This document shows positions 1 through 9,290 of a stretch of 64,000 bases of DNA, one piece after another. The number at the start of each line of letters is the position of its first letter. Within the stretch, counting starts at the first letter, position 1. The translations under genes were made by a program, and so were the position numbers. The notes beneath the pieces were generated by a model. That model was given only the letters and a program-made list of their open reading frames with translations, had not been told where the DNA came from and made no database searches. Location: assembly GCA_963771355.1 (NCBI GenBank), contig CAVYTA010000006.1, forward strand, positions 192,001 through 256,000, read 5' to 3'. The stretch comes from an uncultured Candidatus Rokubacteria bacterium (GTDB lineage: Bacteria > Methylomirabilota > Methylomirabilia > Rokubacteriales > CSP1-6).

Positions 1-375
1 CTGCGGCATCGCGGCGTATGCGAGCACCTCGATCCGGGTGCCCGGAACCACCAGACCTGCCACCACGATGCACGCTCTCGACGGATACGGCCGGCGGAAG
101 TACCGGGCGTACACCTCGTCGATGGCCGGCTTGTCCTCGATGCGGGTGATGTAGAGGATCACCTGGGCCACATCGTCCAGGGTGGCGCCGGCGGCCTCGA
201 CGGCGTGCTTCAGGTTGGACAGCGCCAGCTCCGCCTGCTCGGTGGCGCTGCCGGTCTCCGCCGATCCGTCGGGTCGGATGGGCAGATGCGCGGTGAAGAG
301 AATACCATTCGCGATGACGGCGTGGGAGAAGGGCGCCGGCTCCGGGGCCAGGCCGGTCCGGACTTCCTGACGCAC
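1..375 (-). CDS. RidA/YjgF family enamine deaminase (3' end runs off the window)
   Basis: Manual translation, not in the ORF track: MRQEVRTGLAPEPAPFSHAVIANGILFTAHLP...YFRRPYPSRACIVVAGLVVPGTRIEVLAYA. GTG start follows an AGGAG RBS. Confidence 0.85.
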   Translation of the reverse strand, partial: MRQEVRTGLAPEPAPFSHAVIANGILFTAHLPIRPDGSAETGSATEQAELALSNLKHAVEAAGATLDDVAQVILYITRIEDKPAIDEVYARYFRRPYPSRACIVVAGLVVPGTRIEVLAYAAMPQ

Positions 376-398
376 TCGCGGCTCCTTTCCTCCCGCCG

Positions 399-2001
399 CT
401 ACTTTCCTTCCAGCGCGGCCAGCGGCGCGTAGTCCGCCGTCCCGCCATGGCCACCCGCGAACTTGGCCGGCGTGATGCCGGCTTTCTTCACGCCGGCCAC
501 CAGCGCGGCGAGCGGGGGGTTGAGACGGTCCGGCAGGGCCCCGCCCGGGTTCCAGATGTCGGTGACGAAGCCCAGCTTGAGGTCCGGGACATACCCGATC
601 ATGAGCCCCTCCGCATGCGGGTTGGGCGCGATCACGTAGGCGTGGACTTCCCGCTGTCCGTCGGTGTGGACCCACTTGTCCGCCACCTCGATGATGGGGG
701 TGCGGGTCAGGTCCTTCGGCGAAAGGTCCGGGTTGCGCGTGTAGGGCGCGGCCAGGACGCGCTTCCAGTGCTCCGCGGTGCCCTTGGCGGTGACGATGGT
801 GGCGCCCTCGTTGGCGTAGGCGCGGATGCCGCCCGCGTGATCCATGTGGTGGTGGGTGAGCACGAGGTACTTCACCGGCTTGCGGAGGTACTTCGCGCGG
901 ACGGCGCTCAGCACCCAGTTCGCCTGCCAGTCGCTCACCGGCGCGTCGTAGACGACGACGTGGTCCTTCATCTCCACGACGAGGCTATGGTGCGTGCCGC
1001 CCACCTGATGCTGGACGCCGGGCCCCAGCTCCACGAGCCGGAGACCGGGCGAGGCCTTGGTGTCATAACTCGGCTGCTCGGAGTCCAGATACACGCCAAT
1101 GAACTGGCGCCGGATGACCCACTGATAGGGCACGTCGCCGGTGGTGGCCCCGCGCGCGCCCGCCAGATACGCGGCGGGGATGACCAGACTGTCGGCGGCC
1201 AGGGGCGCATTGATCTTCGACTCGCGTGATCTTGGTCTCCATCACGGTGCGCCCGTTCAGCTCGTACTTGCGGGTCATGGCGATGCGCACGCCGTCCACC
1301 GTCTGCCAGTCGGACAGCACGAGGTCGTAGTTCACGTCGCCCCAGATATTGTCGTAGTCGAGCGTCCGGATTCGGGCCGGGAGTCCCGTGGCCCGGTCGA
1401 ACATCACGGTGAGGGTCTGATCGCCGGTACGGTAGTTGACGGCGGGGTAGGCGACACCGCCGACGCTGATGTCGCTCACCGCCGCGAGGCTCGCGGGATT
1501 CTTGAACATCTCGAGCACGAGGAGCGGCGAGGCGCGCAGCAGCTCCCGCTGCACGGTGGCCATCCGCACCCCGGACATCGTATGCGCGGGCGGGTTCGAC
1601 TCCTGGCTCTGCTTGGTGCGCCCATTGCTGTCGATGCCGGCGACATAGCCGGCCGAGGGAGTGACGATCTCGCTGAACGTGAAGGTGCGCGGCGCCGGGT
1701 ACTGGAAGTTGCGTACCCAGTCGTTCCGGGTGGTGCGGCTGGCCACGTCCGTGACCGAGGTCACGGTGGACTCGCCGGCATAGCGCATCTCGCCGCCGGC
1801 CGCGGCGGACTGCTCCGGATCCCACTGCTTCACGGTGCCCTTCTCGGAGATGGTCTTGACCCCGCCCAGGGTCACCGGACCGCCGGAGGCCTGCACGGCC
1901 CGCGTGACGAGGTCCAGTCCCTGCTGCTGCGTGGAGGCGCAGGCCCCGACCAGCGCGGTGAGGGCCAGCGCGCCGACAAGCAAGTAGGCGAAACGCTTCA
2001 T
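399..2001 (-). CDS. Exported/lipoprotein MBL-fold metallo-hydrolase, split by a +1 frameshift near 1216
   Basis: Signal peptide with lipobox-like LVGAC (from MKRFAYLL, ORF 1063..2094) joins ORF 399..1133, which carries the THHHMDH MBL motif. Removing one base at about 1216 restores a single frame. Confidence 0.8.
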
Positions 2002-2065
2002 CGAGTTCCTCCCGTCAAGGAAAGGTGATCCGGGTGAAAGCGTGAACATGGGGCGATCCGGCGGC

Positions 2066-2094
2066 ACAGTATCGAGCCGGCGCGGCCGTGTCAA
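2066..2094 (-). promoter_or_regulatory. Putative sigma-70 promoter of the MBL hydrolase
   Basis: TTGACA-N17-TACTGT on the minus strand upstream of the ATG at 2001. Confidence 0.4.
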
Positions 2095-2103
2095 GCGGCG
2101 GGC

Positions 2104-2895
2104 CTAGAGAACCGAGCGGACGAGGCCGCCGTCCACGAGCATGGTGGTACCGGTGATGTAACTGGACCGGCTCGAGGCGAGGAAGGCGACCAGATACGCC
2201 ATCTCCTCGGGCCGGCCGACGCGTCCCACCGCGGTCTCGGCCGCCCGCTGTGCCAGCGCGTCCTCGACGGAGATCCCGGTCTCCTTCGCGCGCGCGGTCA
2301 CGTTGGAGAGCATGCGCTCGCTGAGCAGCGAGCCCGGGCACACGTTGTTGACGAGGATGCCGTCACGCCCCACCTCGTCCGCGAGGCTCTTGGCGAAGGC
2401 GACCACGCCCATGCGCGTGGCGCCGGAGAGCGCGAGGTTGGGGATGGGCTGATAGACCGTGCTGGCCAGGATATTGATGATGCGGCCGCCCCCGGCGCGC
2501 CGGAGATGCGGCACCGCCTCCCGGCACATGCGGGCAAAGAAGAGCAGGGACCGCTGGAGGGCCGTGGCCCACTGCTCCTCGGTGGCATTGTGGGCGCGGG
2601 CCAGGGGCGGCCCTCCCGAGTTGTTGACGAGGATGTCGAGTCGCCCGAACCGGGCCACCGTGGCGGCGATGAGATCCCGGATGGTGTCCGGCCGGTCGAG
2701 ATCCCCCGGGAAGCTCAGGACCTCGGCTCCGGTGGCGTCATGGATCTCGCGGGCCGTCTTGTCCAGGTCCGGCTGCGACCGGCTGCAGAGGGCCAGCGTC
2801 GCGCCTTCGGCTGCGAGCACCTCGGCGCAGGCTCGCCCCAGTCCCTTGCTCGCCCCGCCGATGACGGCGACCTTTCCCTTGAGCTCGAGATCCAT
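2104..2895 (-). CDS. SDR family oxidoreductase
   Basis: GGASKGLG Rossmann motif, NNSGG, VNNVCPG. Atypical SGATR in place of YxxxK. Confidence 0.9.
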   Translation of the reverse strand: MDLELKGKVAVIGGASKGLGRACAEVLAAEGATLALCSRSQPDLDKTAREIHDATGAEVLSFPGDLDRPDTIRDLIAATVARFGRLDILVNNSGGPPLARAHNATEEQWATALQRSLLFFARMCREAVPHLRRAGGGRIINILASTVYQPIPNLALSGATRMGVVAFAKSLADEVGRDGILVNNVCPGSLLSERMLSNVTARAKETGISVEDALAQRAAETAVGRVGRPEEMAYLVAFLASSRSSYITGTTMLVDGGLVRSVL

Positions 2896-2949
2896 CGAGC
2901 TCACTTATCGGGGCAAACATCCCGTTTGTCAACGCGGGCCCGCCCGCAA

Positions 2950-4551
2950 TTACTCGGGCGGTAACGCATGAGCGGGGGCGCGCTCGGGAGTCGGGGCGGG
3001 GTCCGGCGGCTCGAGCCGGATCCGGCGCATCAGGGGCAGGAAGATCGGCACCACCGCGAACATCACCGCCAGGAGCCAGAAGTCGTCGGCATAGGCGAGG
3101 AGCTGGGCCTGATTCACCGTCTCGCGATAGAGCATGGCCATGGCCTGTCGCTCGGCGGTGAAGGCGTCGCTCCCCTGGGCCGCGAAGTGCCCGACCCAGC
3201 GCGCCAGGCGCTGCCGGGTCTCCGGATCCCACGCGGTGATGTGGCTCACCAGCGTGGACTGGTGGAACTGACTCCGCTGGGCGAGGAGCGTGGTGGCCAC
3301 CGCGATCCCCACGCTGCCGCCCACGTTCCGGAGCATCCCGTAGATGGCGGTGGCGTTGACCAGCTTGTCGCGCCGGACGGTGGCCAGGGTGAGGGTCGAG
3401 AGCGGCACGAAGATGAAGCCGATGGCGAAGCCCTGGATGAAGCGCGGCAGGGCGAGCGCCCAGTAGTCCATGCCCAGCGTGAGGGACGTCATCATGTAGA
3501 GCGCCGCCGCGTTGAGCAGGCAGCCGAAGGCCAGCATCAGGCGCTGATCCACCCGGGTCACCATCCCCGAGGCGAACAGGGAGAAGATATTGCCGAGCCC
3601 GCCCGGCGCCAGCACCAGCCCCGACGTCCAGGCGTCGTAGCCGAGGAGCTTCTGCGTGAAGACGGCCACCAGCAGCATCCCCGAGAACATGCCGAAGCCG
3701 ACGACGGCGATCATGGTGACGCCGGTGGCGAAGTTCCGGTCGGTGAAGGCGGTGAGGTCCAGGATGGGATCGCTGGTGGTCAGCTCGCGGATCAGGAAGG
3801 CGACCAGCGCGCACACGGCGATGGCGGTCATGGCCACGATGGCCGACGACTGGAACCAGTCCTCCCGCTCCCCGCGGTCCAGGACGAGCTGGAGGCAGCC
3901 GAAGCCCGCCACCATCAGCGCCAGTCCCCACCAGTCGATGCGCGCGGCTTTCTTGAGATAGGGCGGGTCGAAGAGGAACGCGCTGCCCAGGAGGAAGCCG
4001 AGGATCCCCACCGGCAGGTTGATGTAGAAGATCCAGCGCCAGGACCACTCGTCCGCCAGATAGCCGCCCACGGTCGGGCCCAGGATGGGCCCGAGGATGA
4101 AGCCGACGCCCCACACCGCCATGGCGAGGCCGCGCTGATGAAAGGGGAAGATCTCCCAGAGGATGGCCTGCGAGAGCGGGATGATGGGCCCGCCGCCCAG
4201 CCCCTGGAAGATGCGGGCGATGATGAGCGTGGTCAGATCGGGAGCGGCGCCGGAGAGGAAGGAGCTCGCCACGAAGAGCGTGGTGCAGATGAGGAAGAAC
4301 TTCTTGCGGCCGAAGAGGCCGGCCAGCCAGCCGGTGGCGGGGATGACCACGGCATTGGCGGCCAGGTAGGACGTGATCACCCAGGAGACCTCGTCCAGCC
4401 CCGCCGAGAGCGACCCCTGCAGGTGCGGCAGGATGACGTTGGTGACGCTGGTGTCCAGGATCTGCATGAACGCCACCACCATGATGGTGAAGGTGATGGC
4501 CCACTTCTGAGCAGGCGAGATCGGCGGGGCATCCGGCGCTGGAGCCGTCAT
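2950..4551 (-). CDS. DHA2 family MFS efflux permease (EmrB/QacA)
   Basis: FMQILDTSVTNV, WVITSY and WRWIFYINLPVG motifs, with many TM helices. Confidence 0.92.
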   Translation of the reverse strand: MTAPAPDAPPISPAQKWAITFTIMVVAFMQILDTSVTNVILPHLQGSLSAGLDEVSWVITSYLAANAVVIPATGWLAGLFGRKKFFLICTTLFVASSFLSGAAPDLTTLIIARIFQGLGGGPIIPLSQAILWEIFPFHQRGLAMAVWGVGFILGPILGPTVGGYLADEWSWRWIFYINLPVGILGFLLGSAFLFDPPYLKKAARIDWWGLALMVAGFGCLQLVLDRGEREDWFQSSAIVAMTAIAVCALVAFLIRELTTSDPILDLTAFTDRNFATGVTMIAVVGFGMFSGMLLVAVFTQKLLGYDAWTSGLVLAPGGLGNIFSLFASGMVTRVDQRLMLAFGCLLNAAALYMMTSLTLGMDYWALALPRFIQGFAIGFIFVPLSTLTLATVRRDKLVNATAIYGMLRNVGGSVGIAVATTLLAQRSQFHQSTLVSHITAWDPETRQRLARWVGHFAAQGSDAFTAERQAMAMLYRETVNQAQLLAYADDFWLLAVMFAVVPIFLPLMRRIRLEPPDPAPTPERAPAHALPPE

Positions 4552-4624
4552 GTGTAGGCCGCGGTCTTGGGATAGGATATGCGCCGGGGCGCGAGAACGC
4601 GAGGGGCATGAGAGGAGCGAGTCA

Positions 4625-5623
4625 ATGGCGACGCTGACGACCGAGCGCGAGCTGACCTACGGCGAGGCGGTGAAGGAAGCCATCGCGGAGGAGATGCGGC
4701 GGGACCCCACCGTCTTCCTCATCGGGGAGGACGTGGCGGAGGCCGGGCATCCCTTCAAGACCCTGGTCGGCCTGGTCCAGGAGTTCGGGACCGGGCGGAT
4801 CATCGACACGCCCATCTCCGAGCCCGGCTATGCCGGCATCGGCGTCGGCGCCGCCATGACCGGCATGCGCCCCATCGTGGACGTGATGTTCGGCGACTTC
4901 ATCACGCTGACCATGGACCAGATGGTGAATCAGGCCGCCAAGGCGCACTACATGTCCGGCGGCAAGATCAAGGTGCCCATCGTCTTCCGCACCACGCTCG
5001 GCGCCACCCGTCGCTCCGCCGCCCAGCACTCGCAGTCGCTGCACGCCTGGGTGAGCCATGTCCCCGGGCTCAAGGTGGCGCTGCCCTCCGGCCCTTACGA
5101 GGCCAAGGGGCTCATGAAGACGGCCATCCGCGACGACAGCCCGGTGGTGATCTTCGAGGACAAGATGATGTACCGGCTCAAGGGTCCGGTGCCGGCCGAG
5201 GACTACACCATCCCCTTCGGCGTGGCGGAGGTGAAGCGGGCCGGCAAGGACATCACCATCGTCGCCACCAGCAGCATGGTGGGCGTGGCGCTGGGCGCGG
5301 CGAAGATGCTGGACGATATCGGCATCAGCGCCGAGGTCATCGATCCGCGGACGACATATCCCCTCGACAAGCAGGCCCTGATCGACTCGGCCAAGAAGAC
5401 CTCCCGCGCCCTGGTGGTGGACGAGGGGTACGAGCGCTACGGGGTGACCGCGGAGCTCGCCGCCGTGATCGCGGACGGCGCCTTCTACTATCTCGACGCG
5501 CCGGTGAAGCGCCTGGGGGCCATGGACGTGCCGGTGCCCTTCTCGCCGGTGCTGGAAGATCTCACGGTGCCGTCGGAGCAGACGGTGTTCGCGGCGGCCA
5601 AGGCGCTCTGCGGGAAGACCTGA
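4625..5623 (+). CDS. Acetoin/2-oxoacid dehydrogenase E1 beta subunit
   Basis: LIGEDV, IDTPISE, AQHSQ and EVIDPRT transketolase-like motifs. ATG follows an AGGAG RBS. Confidence 0.92.
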   Translation: MATLTTERELTYGEAVKEAIAEEMRRDPTVFLIGEDVAEAGHPFKTLVGLVQEFGTGRIIDTPISEPGYAGIGVGAAMTGMRPIVDVMFGDFITLTMDQMVNQAAKAHYMSGGKIKVPIVFRTTLGATRRSAAQHSQSLHAWVSHVPGLKVALPSGPYEAKGLMKTAIRDDSPVVIFEDKMMYRLKGPVPAEDYTIPFGVAEVKRAGKDITIVATSSMVGVALGAAKMLDDIGISAEVIDPRTTYPLDKQALIDSAKKTSRALVVDEGYERYGVTAELAAVIADGAFYYLDAPVKRLGAMDVPVPFSPVLEDLTVPSEQTVFAAAKALCGKT

Positions 5624-6888
5624 TGCCGACCACGGTCATCATGCCGGCCCTGGAGCTGGCGCAGGAGACCGGCAAGGTCATTCGCTGGCTCAAGGCGCCC
5701 GGCGACGCGGTGCGAAAGGGCGAGCCCATCGTGGAGATCGAGACCGACAAGGTCACGGTGGAGATCGAGGCCCCCGCCAGCGGCATCCTGGGCAGCGTGA
5801 CCGCACGGGAAGGGGACGTGGTGCCCGTGGGCCAGACCATCGCGCTCATCGCGGCTCCGGGAGAAGGGGACGCGCCGCCGCCGGGCGTGGTGAAGGCCTC
5901 GCCGCTGGCGCGCAAGCTGGCCGAGCAGCACGGCGTCGACCTCGCCCAGGTGAAGACGGCCGGCGGCAAGATCGAGAAGGCCGACGTTCTCGCGCATGTC
6001 GACCGCCGCAGCCCGCCGGCCGCCGGCAATGGCGCGGCCACGAGGGAAGCGGCCGCGCGCCTCACCGCCGCCTCCCCCAAGGCCCGCCGGCTGGCCGCCG
6101 AGCGCGGCCTCGACGTGGGGGCGCTGCGCGGCTCCGGGCCCGAGGGCGCCGTCCTCGCCGCGGATATTCCCGCCGCGCGGACGTCCGCTCCCCCCGAAGC
6201 GGCGCGCGCGGGGGCGAGGGGCGAAGGCGTCAGCAATGTCTGGCGCATCATGGCCGAGCGCATGACGCAGAGCTGGACCAGCGCGCCGCACTTCTACCTG
6301 GTGCGCGAGGTCAACGTGAGCCGCCTCGTCGCCTGGCGAGAGCAGGCCGGCAAGCAGACGGGCGCCCGCATCACCTACACCGATCTCCTGGTGCGCCTCG
6401 TCGCCGCGGCCCTCGCCCGGCACCCGGCCGCGAACGTCGCCTGGAAGGACGGGACGATCGTCCGCCACCCCGAGGTCAATATCGGCCTGGCCGTGGCCCT
6501 CGACGAGGGCCTCGTCGTCCCCGTCCTCCACCGCGCCGACACCCTCGGCCTTCCGGAGATCGCCGCCCGCCGCGAGGACCTCGTGACCCGCGCCCAGGCC
6601 GGCAAGCTCCGCCCCGCCGACATCCAGGGCGGCGGCTTCACGGTCAGCAATCTCGGGATGTACGGCGTGGACGCCTTCAGCGCCATCGTCAATCCGCCCC
6701 AGGCCGCCATCCTCGCCGTCGGCCGCATCGCCGACCGCGTGGTGCCGCTGAACGGCCAGCCGGCCGTCCAGCCCACCATGGTGCTGACGCTCTCGTGTGA
6801 TCACCGCGCGCTGGACGGGGCCCGGGGCGCCCAGTTCCTCGGCGCGCTGGCCGAGCTGATCGAGGAGCCCCTGGCGCTGCTCGTCTAG
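5623..6888 (+). CDS. Dihydrolipoamide acyltransferase (E2)
   Basis: Lipoyl motif ETDKV, two peripheral subunit-binding repeats (ASPLARKLA, ASPKARRLA) and catalytic DHRALDG. Confidence 0.93.
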   Translation: MPTTVIMPALELAQETGKVIRWLKAPGDAVRKGEPIVEIETDKVTVEIEAPASGILGSVTAREGDVVPVGQTIALIAAPGEGDAPPPGVVKASPLARKLAEQHGVDLAQVKTAGGKIEKADVLAHVDRRSPPAAGNGAATREAAARLTAASPKARRLAAERGLDVGALRGSGPEGAVLAADIPAARTSAPPEAARAGARGEGVSNVWRIMAERMTQSWTSAPHFYLVREVNVSRLVAWREQAGKQTGARITYTDLLVRLVAAALARHPAANVAWKDGTIVRHPEVNIGLAVALDEGLVVPVLHRADTLGLPEIAARREDLVTRAQAGKLRPADIQGGGFTVSNLGMYGVDAFSAIVNPPQAAILAVGRIADRVVPLNGQPAVQPTMVLTLSCDHRALDGARGAQFLGALAELIEEPLALLV

Positions 6889-6926
6889 ACCGTGACCGGC
6901 AGCGAACCCTCACCGGAGGAATCGTC

Positions 6927-8477
6927 ATGCGCATGAAGGCGCTCCGCCTCGCCACCCTGATCGTTGCTTGCGCGTTCGCGCTCGGGGCGCCGGCGGCGGC
7001 CCAGGAAACCCCGCGGATGGGCGGCGTGCTCAAGGTGGCCGCCATCGGAGAGCCGCCCACGCTGGACATCCCGTCGAGCACCGCGACCCTCGTCTACGAG
7101 ATCATGTGGCACGTCAACGAGGGCCTCTTCACCTACGACAAGGGCTTCAATCCCACCCCCATGCTCGCGGAGTCGCACACCGTGAGCGACAAGGGCCTGC
7201 GCCACACGATCACGCTCCGCAAGGGCGTGAAGTTCCACAACGGCAAGGAGATGACCTCGGCGGACGTGGTGCCGTCGCTCCGCCGCTGGGGGCGCGTGGC
7301 GTCGGTGGGGCGCACGCTGTGGAAGTACGTGGAGGCGGTGGAAGCCAAGGACCCGTACACCGTGGTGGTCAGCATGAAGCAGCCCTCGGCGTCCCTCATC
7401 TACGGGCTCTCCGAGCCGCATGCCGCCATCTATCCGAAGGAGAGCATCGAGGCGGCAGGAGAGGGCCAGCTCAAGGAGTTCATCGGCACGGGCCCCTTCC
7501 GGTTCGTCGAGCATCGGCCGGACCGCCACATCAAGCTGGCACGGTTCAAGGACTATAGCGCCCGATCGGAGCCCTCCAACGGCTTCGGCGGCAAGCGCAC
7601 CGCGTATTTCGACGAGATCCTCTTCCTCACGGTGCCGGACAATGCGGTGCGGCTGGCGGGAGTGGAGACCGGCGAGTACCACCACGCCATGTTCATCCAG
7701 CAGGATGCCTTCGGCCGCATCAAGGGCGTCCAGGCGCTCGAGCCGCGCATCGTCAAGCCGCGCGGCTGGGCGGTGGCGGTGTTGAACCACAAGCAGGGGC
7801 TGATGACCCAGAAGAAGCTTCGCCAGGCTCTCCAGGCCGCGCTGGACATGGAGCCCATCATGGTGGCGGGCTTCGGCTCCCGCGAGTTCTACCGCCTCGA
7901 TCCGAGCCTCTTCTTCCCCGAGCAGCCCTGGCATTCCACCGTCTCGGCCGCGCTCTACAACCAGAAGAACAAGGACAAGGCGCGCCAGCTCCTCAAGGAG
8001 GCCGGCTACGGCGGCCAGCCCATCCGCTGGGTGACCACCAAGGAATACGAGTTCATGTACAACAATGCCCTCGTCGCCAAGCAGCAGCTCGAGGCGGTGG
8101 GCTTCGTCATCGACCTGCAGGTAACGGACTGGGCCTCCGTGAACCACCGGACCGAGAAGCAGCCCGACGCCTGGGAAGTGTTCTCCACCGGCTTCGTCTT
8201 CTCCGCCGACCCGGCCAATCACGTGTCGTTGCGCTGCACCTTCCAGGGCTGGTGGTGCAACGAGGAGAAGGAGCGGCTGCTGGGCGAGCTCCAGGTGGAG
8301 ACGGACGTGAAGAAGCGCAAGGCCATCGTCGATCGCATCCAGACCGTCTTCTACGAGGACGTCGGCCAGGTGAAGCTCGGCGACTACTTCACTCTTGATG
8401 TCGCGCGACGGGACCTGCGCGGGGAGTTCCGCACCGCGCCCCGCATGTACTTCTGGAATAGCTGGCTCGCCCGCTGA
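6927..8477 (+). CDS. ABC transporter substrate-binding protein, family 5 (peptide/nickel)
   Basis: Signal peptide, LRKGVKFHNG and IGTGPF motifs. Confidence 0.92.
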   Translation: MRMKALRLATLIVACAFALGAPAAAQETPRMGGVLKVAAIGEPPTLDIPSSTATLVYEIMWHVNEGLFTYDKGFNPTPMLAESHTVSDKGLRHTITLRKGVKFHNGKEMTSADVVPSLRRWGRVASVGRTLWKYVEAVEAKDPYTVVVSMKQPSASLIYGLSEPHAAIYPKESIEAAGEGQLKEFIGTGPFRFVEHRPDRHIKLARFKDYSARSEPSNGFGGKRTAYFDEILFLTVPDNAVRLAGVETGEYHHAMFIQQDAFGRIKGVQALEPRIVKPRGWAVAVLNHKQGLMTQKKLRQALQAALDMEPIMVAGFGSREFYRLDPSLFFPEQPWHSTVSAALYNQKNKDKARQLLKEAGYGGQPIRWVTTKEYEFMYNNALVAKQQLEAVGFVIDLQVTDWASVNHRTEKQPDAWEVFSTGFVFSADPANHVSLRCTFQGWWCNEEKERLLGELQVETDVKKRKAIVDRIQTVFYEDVGQVKLGDYFTLDVARRDLRGEFRTAPRMYFWNSWLAR

Positions 8478-8504
8478 GCCGACGAGGCAGGGCGCGGCGG
8501 GCGG

Positions 8505-9203
8505 TCAGGCCGCCGCGCCGAGGAGCAGGCGCGTCAGCGCCTCGGGCTCGCTCAGCATCGGGTAATGTCCGGTGTCCAGCTCCGCGTAGGACGCCTTCAG
8601 GCGCTCGGCGGTGCGGCGCTGGTGCGCTTCGGGTGGGTTGCGGGCGCGCTGGCACCGGATCACCGAGGCGGTCCAGGTGCGCTCCCAGAACTCCGTCGGC
8701 TCCATGGGCGCTTCCAGCGCGGCGATGGGGTGGGGCGTGTAGCGGTCGAGCGCCCACGCGCGGGTGGCGGGCTCGAGATCGGCGAACATGCGGCCCTCGG
8801 CGTCCGGGCGCGTGGGGGCAGTGGTCAGCGTAGTGATCTCGTTGGCGGCGGGCCGATTCACGATGTCGGCGACGCGCTCACCGGGCAGGAGCGCGAGCGC
8901 GTCCACGAAGGCGAGCCGCGCGATGCGCTCGGCGGCCAGTGGCGCCGCCTGGCAGATGACCATCCCCCCCGAGCTGGTGCCCGCGAGCACCACATCCCGG
9001 AGATCCTCGTAGAAGAGCAGCCGCTCGATCTCCCGCGCATGGGTGCTGACGGTGATGCCGGCGCGGACCCGCTCGTGCCGCTCGCCGCAGCCCTCGAGGG
9101 TGGGGGCGTACACGGAATGCCCGGCCTTCTGCAGGCGCTGGGCGACCGGCTTCCAGATCCAGCCGCCCTGATACGCCCCGTGAATCAGCACGTAGGTCGC
9201 CAT
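8505..9203 (-). CDS. Alpha/beta hydrolase (methylesterase-like)
   Basis: VLIHGAYQGGW, nucleophile motif GTSSGG and C-terminal TGHYPM. Confidence 0.88.
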   Translation of the reverse strand: MATYVLIHGAYQGGWIWKPVAQRLQKAGHSVYAPTLEGCGERHERVRAGITVSTHAREIERLLFYEDLRDVVLAGTSSGGMVICQAAPLAAERIARLAFVDALALLPGERVADIVNRPAANEITTLTTAPTRPDAEGRMFADLEPATRAWALDRYTPHPIAALEAPMEPTEFWERTWTASVIRCQRARNPPEAHQRRTAERLKASYAELDTGHYPMLSEPEALTRLLLGAAA

Positions 9204-9230
9204 CGTTCCGCTCCGAGCGGCGCCTCCACA

Positions 9231-9266
9231 CACCGAGGGCGGAGGAGTGATCCTCCGCCCTCGGTG
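9231..9266. terminator. Perfect 16-bp inverted-repeat hairpin (terminator or stabiliser)
   Basis: CACCGAGGGCGGAGGA-GTGA-TCCTCCGCCCTCGGTG, 25 nt downstream of the stop at 9291. No U-tract. Confidence 0.55.
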
Positions 9267-9290
9267 CGGTGGGCGACCGCGATAAGGGGT

